DNA of 64,000 nucleotides from Candidatus Gastranaerophilales bacterium (GTDB lineage Bacteria; Cyanobacteriota; Vampirovibrionia; Gastranaerophilales; Gastranaerophilaceae): NCBI GenBank assembly GCA_928722015.1, contig CAKMWI010000008.1, positions 212,837 to 276,836 of the forward strand, read 5' to 3'. Shown piece by piece: positions 60,564 to 64,000 of this stretch (position 1 is its first letter; each line of letters starts with the position of its first letter). The notes under the pieces were generated by a model. It saw only the letters and a program-made list of their open reading frames with translations, ran no database searches and was not told where the DNA came from. The position numbers and the translations under genes were made by a program.

Positions 60564-62423
60564 ATGAAAAATATATTTGTCAGATTTTTTTTGGTATTGG
60601 CATTTATCCTGATTTCTGCCTTGAATGTACACGCATCAGCTGATCTTGGGATAACTTCGGTTGTATTTGATGATTCATCATCAATCTTATCTATTAATAG
60701 CTTTGATAATGATACGTATGAATTTATACAACAACCAAAACTATATATTTTGTCTGATGAGCATAAAGCATATTTTGATATAAATTCTGCAGTATTAAAG
60801 TGTCCTGTTCAAAATTTCATTCTTAAATCTCAGGATGTTGAAGAAATTGTTGTAAGTCAATTTTCAACTAATCCTAATATTGTCAGAGTTGTAATATATT
60901 ATAAAGATGGTTTTAATCCAGCTAATATTCAATTGAAAAAAGTAAATAATACATTATTTTTACGTTTTAAAAATCCTGTAATGAATAATTATTATTTTCA
61001 ATATGTTTATGGTGATTCTCCTACCAGCGATTTTTATGAATCTGTTGTTATTCAAACACCTATTATTAACACTGATTCAAGTTTATTGGGGCAGATTAAT
61101 TCAGCTTTTAATCTTAGTCCGATGACTAATGATAAAAATTATATTCTTGCCAAAAAAGATTTAGTGCTTCATTCGAGGTATTATCTGGATAATATAAATT
61201 TTAAAAATAATATTCCAATTATAACAGGTGTTGGCGCTTATACATTGTCAAAGCCGATGTATTTGTCAAATCCTGCACGTGTAGCTTATGATATTTCAAA
61301 TACTGTAGTTAATCCTATTATTAGAAATAAGGAGATTAAATTTAATACTTCTGATACTATAAAAGTAGGTCAATTTGATAGAAGTACAGCGCGTGTAGTG
61401 ATTACTTCTGCCACTCCGGATAGGTATATTCCTGTTGTTTATGGTGATTCACAACGATTAATTTTTATTGATAAGTTAGCACAAAATCCTCAAACTTTGT
61501 ATACTTCTAAGGTTGATTGGAATTCTATATTGTATGAAAAAACTGATGACAAGACACATGCTATGAAGTTAATTTTTTCAAAACCATTAGTATATGGAAT
61601 TGTTAGAACTTCAAATTCTATAGAATTGCTTATGTATAATGTGGATAAGTATTCAGATGGTGCAATAAATTCTACACTAAAAAATACAGCATTTGCAGAC
61701 GCTAAAATTTCAACTCTTCCAAAAGGTGGTGTAAAGTTTGTATTACCAGTTTCTAAGGATGATATTATAGATATTCATGCCGGTGCGGATGGTAAAACAA
61801 TAAGAATTCGTGAACAATTTAAAAAAATACAATTACCTGTTCCTTCGCTTGAACCGGCTATTACGGTCGCACCTATAGTTGTACCTAAACTTGATAATAA
61901 GAAATATGTAGTTATCGATCCTGGTCATGGTGGTTCTGATGTTGGAGCTACAAGAAATGGTATTTATGAGAAAAATATTACGCTTGATGTATCAAAAAGG
62001 GTTGCAGAGTTACTTAGAAAAAAAGGTTATATTGTAGAAATGACCAGAACTACAGACAAAACTGTTTCCCTGCAGGAGCGTGTTGAATTTAGTGAAGAGA
62101 TTAGTCCTGATATATTTGTCAGCATTCATGTTAATTCAAGTAACAGTGATAGCCCAAATGGTCTGGAAACTCATTATTACAAAGATAATAGTCTTGATTT
62201 AGCCAAAAATGTTCATGCTTCTCTGCTTAATAATATAAATTCTAAGGACCGTGGCTTGTTTAAATCTAAGTTTTATGTTATAAATCATACTACAGCTCCT
62301 GCAATTTTAGTTGAGATAGGATTTATTTCTAATCCTACTGAGAGAGCTCAGCTTGTTTCTGAAAGTAGAAAACAAGCTACTGCAAAGGCTATAGCTGAGG
62401 GTATATATGACTACTTCAAATAA
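60564..62423 (+). CDS. amiC: N-acetylmuramoyl-L-alanine amidase (AmiC-like) with N-terminal AMIN/targeting domains
   Basis: The C-terminal Amidase_3 domain reads VVIDPGHGGSDVGA...DIFVSIHVNS...ILVEIGFISNPTE. A signal peptide is present. The start is uncertain (alternatively the TTG at 60528). Confidence 0.8.
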   Translation: MKNIFVRFFLVLAFILISALNVHASADLGITSVVFDDSSSILSINSFDNDTYEFIQQPKLYILSDEHKAYFDINSAVLKCPVQNFILKSQDVEEIVVSQFSTNPNIVRVVIYYKDGFNPANIQLKKVNNTLFLRFKNPVMNNYYFQYVYGDSPTSDFYESVVIQTPIINTDSSLLGQINSAFNLSPMTNDKNYILAKKDLVLHSRYYLDNINFKNNIPIITGVGAYTLSKPMYLSNPARVAYDISNTVVNPIIRNKEIKFNTSDTIKVGQFDRSTARVVITSATPDRYIPVVYGDSQRLIFIDKLAQNPQTLYTSKVDWNSILYEKTDDKTHAMKLIFSKPLVYGIVRTSNSIELLMYNVDKYSDGAINSTLKNTAFADAKISTLPKGGVKFVLPVSKDDIIDIHAGADGKTIRIREQFKKIQLPVPSLEPAITVAPIVVPKLDNKKYVVIDPGHGGSDVGATRNGIYEKNITLDVSKRVAELLRKKGYIVEMTRTTDKTVSLQERVEFSEEISPDIFVSIHVNSSNSDSPNGLETHYYKDNSLDLAKNVHASLLNNINSKDRGLFKSKFYVINHTTAPAILVEIGFISNPTERAQLVSESRKQATAKAIAEGIYDYFK

Positions 62424-63213
62424 TGCAGATAAATATTCCCCAATTGCATTTTTCGATTCCGGCGTTGGTGGTTTAACAGTATTAAATAAAGTTAAATTAT
62501 TACTTCCAAATGAAAATTTTATATACTATGGGGATACATTACATGTACCTTATGGAGAGAAAACGAAAGAGCAACTTTTAGAGTATTCCCTTAAAATATT
62601 AGATTTTTTTGAGTCTAAGAATTGTAAAGCTGTTGTAATGGCTTGTAATACTACTTCTTCTGTTATTTATGAAGATATAAAAGATAAATATAATTTTAAA
62701 CTTTATCCTATAGTACAGTCAGTTACAAAAATATTGTCAAAAATGCCTATTACACGATTAGGGGTTTTTGCTACAAGTGCAACTGTCAGTTCCAATGTTT
62801 ATCAGAATGAAATTGCAAAATATAATCCTAATATTAAGGTATATGCTCAACATTGCCCAGGATGGGTCAAAATTGTTGAAAATAATTTATTAAATGATAA
62901 GGATAGTATTTCAATTATTAAGAATGACTTGGAAAAAATGTTGGTTAATAATCCTGAAAAAATTGTTTTAGGGTGTACTCATTATCCATTTTTATTGAAA
63001 ATATTATCCCAATATGCCAGTGAAAGTTTGTTTATAGACCCTGCAATTTATTTTGCGGAATTTATAAAAAATGATTTAAAAAATTCTGATTTGCTAAATC
63101 ATGCAAAGAGTGCGGTAGAAGAATTTTATGTTAGCTCAAATCCTTTAAATTTTCAAACTGCAGCAAAATTATTCTATAATATAAAAAATGAACCAAGGTT
63201 GTTAACTTTTTAG
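62407..63213 (+). CDS. murI: Glutamate racemase
   Basis: IAFFDSGVGGLTVL...VVMACNTTSS...VLGCTHYPFL are MurI signatures. It overlaps the amidase stop by 17 nt. Confidence 0.9.
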   Translation: MTTSNNADKYSPIAFFDSGVGGLTVLNKVKLLLPNENFIYYGDTLHVPYGEKTKEQLLEYSLKILDFFESKNCKAVVMACNTTSSVIYEDIKDKYNFKLYPIVQSVTKILSKMPITRLGVFATSATVSSNVYQNEIAKYNPNIKVYAQHCPGWVKIVENNLLNDKDSISIIKNDLEKMLVNNPEKIVLGCTHYPFLLKILSQYASESLFIDPAIYFAEFIKNDLKNSDLLNHAKSAVEEFYVSSNPLNFQTAAKLFYNIKNEPRLLTF

Positions 63214-63888
63214 CAATAGTTCTAAGCATTGCTGGTAAGATGGAACTTCTATTATGTTGCTGTTCGGAAATAAATTATTTTTTGTAACAGAAAGTTCTGT
63301 TTTATTTTCTTTTATGGCATAAACTGTAATATTATTTTCAATGGCTTTAAATACAGGAACGCTGCCCAATGAATTATATGGCATAATGAGAAAATCAAGA
63401 TTCGATATATTTATTCCTTCATTGTTATTTTGTGTAATTTTTGGTGCTTGAGAAAGTCCAAGCAGAATGCATGGTAAAAATGTAGGTGTAATATATTCTG
63501 CCGAGGCTTTTGGGCTGACAATATTAGGGTAAATGTTATAATCTTCAAATGCTGGAGAGTGCGCACAAGCTACATTAAAATTTTTTGAAATGTAGTGTGA
63601 AAGTATTGCTTCCACTCCTCCAACCGGATCTGCACCAGAACCATTTGAGTACTCGGCATTATCATCCTCCGGGTCTGAAAATAAACAAACAATGGCAATA
63701 GCTTCGCATCCTTTATCCAGAAGTTTTTTGCAAGCGCGACTTATAGTTTTTATATTTTTGATGTTACCGGTTGATATACCGCTTTCTGTGATAAAAAACT
63801 CTACACCAACTTCTGAGTCTGTTATTTCATAACTGTAAATATTAATTCCATAGACCGTTTGGACTGCATTTTGTGTATTTATATGCAC
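63202..63888 (-). CDS. Hypothetical protein (start uncertain, GTG)
   Basis: 228-aa ORF convergent with murI. The upstream frame stays open to 63984 without an ATG. It contains LFSDPEDDNAEYSNGSGADPVGGVEAILSHY but no recognisable family motif. Confidence 0.35.
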   Translation of the reverse strand: MHINTQNAVQTVYGINIYSYEITDSEVGVEFFITESGISTGNIKNIKTISRACKKLLDKGCEAIAIVCLFSDPEDDNAEYSNGSGADPVGGVEAILSHYISKNFNVACAHSPAFEDYNIYPNIVSPKASAEYITPTFLPCILLGLSQAPKITQNNNEGINISNLDFLIMPYNSLGSVPVFKAIENNITVYAIKENKTELSVTKNNLFPNSNIIEVPSYQQCLELLLKS

Positions 63889-64000
63889 ATTAAGTACATC
63901 ATTCGGTATTGCTTTATCATAAATTATTCCAATTTTGTTATTTGAGGATGGTTTTAAATTAATTTTTCCTTTAAAAAAACTGTCAAGTGAGTAACCTTCG

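Noticed and set aside
63889-63984. Possible longer N-terminus for the last minus-strand ORF
   Set aside because: The frame is open up to 63984 but contains no ATG, GTG or TTG with an RBS, so the start was left at the GTG at 63888 with low confidence.

Overview
This is an AT-rich (roughly 30% GC by eye) bacterial chromosomal segment that is densely coded on both strands. I found no CRISPR array, transposase, integrase or prophage signature.

Recognisable housekeeping genes:
- the 5' part of pyruvate:ferredoxin oxidoreductase (minus strand, runs off the window start)
- 23S rRNA m5U methyltransferase (RumA/RlmD family)
- a sigma-70 family factor that appears to be interrupted by a 1-nt frameshift
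- recN
- rpsL-rpsG as a truncated str operon, with no fusA/tuf downstream
- wecB-like UDP-GlcNAc 2-epimerase
- pgi and trxB
- the L-serine dehydratase beta/alpha pair
- an Rne/Rng-family ribonuclease immediately downstream of a fused TIGR03960/TIGR03936-type radical-SAM protein, with a second unfused radical-SAM paralog elsewhere
- an AmiC-like amidase, murI, and a YajQ-like protein
- three singleton tRNAs, Val-TAC, Leu-TAA and Arg-ACG, each followed by its own intrinsic terminator.

The most unusual locus is an 11-gene minus-strand glycan operon (34459-46972). It encodes:
- two GT9-like (heptosyltransferase-like) glycosyltransferases
- two polysaccharide pyruvyl transferases, one fused to an FrhB-like Fe-S/flavin domain
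- an MsbA-type ABC exporter
- a KdgK/Eda-like kinase-aldolase pair
- a compact four-gene nucleotide-sugar module: an RPE-family 3-epimerase, a cupin-type class I phosphomannose isomerase, a HAD phosphatase, and a sugar-phosphate nucleotidyltransferase fused to an APH-fold kinase.

Together these suggest a mutase-independent route to an unusual NDP-sugar. The operon has no priming phosphoglycosyltransferase, Wzx or Wzy.

Other points of interest:
- a 1270-aa TPS-domain beta-helical exoprotein with no TpsB partner nearby
- a divergent hybrid-cluster-protein-like gene that has lost several Cys ligands and is co-transcribed with a glutaredoxin
- a hypothetical protein with RelA/SpoT-synthetase-like motifs
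- a CHASE2-adenylate cyclase divergent from the glycan operon
- several blocks of uncharacterised secreted or low-complexity proteins.

The phylum is uncertain. The short-N-terminus sigma factor and the radical-SAM-rne linkage are reminiscent of Cyanobacteria/Melainabacteria-like or some Firmicutes genomes, but this cannot be settled from the sequence alone.
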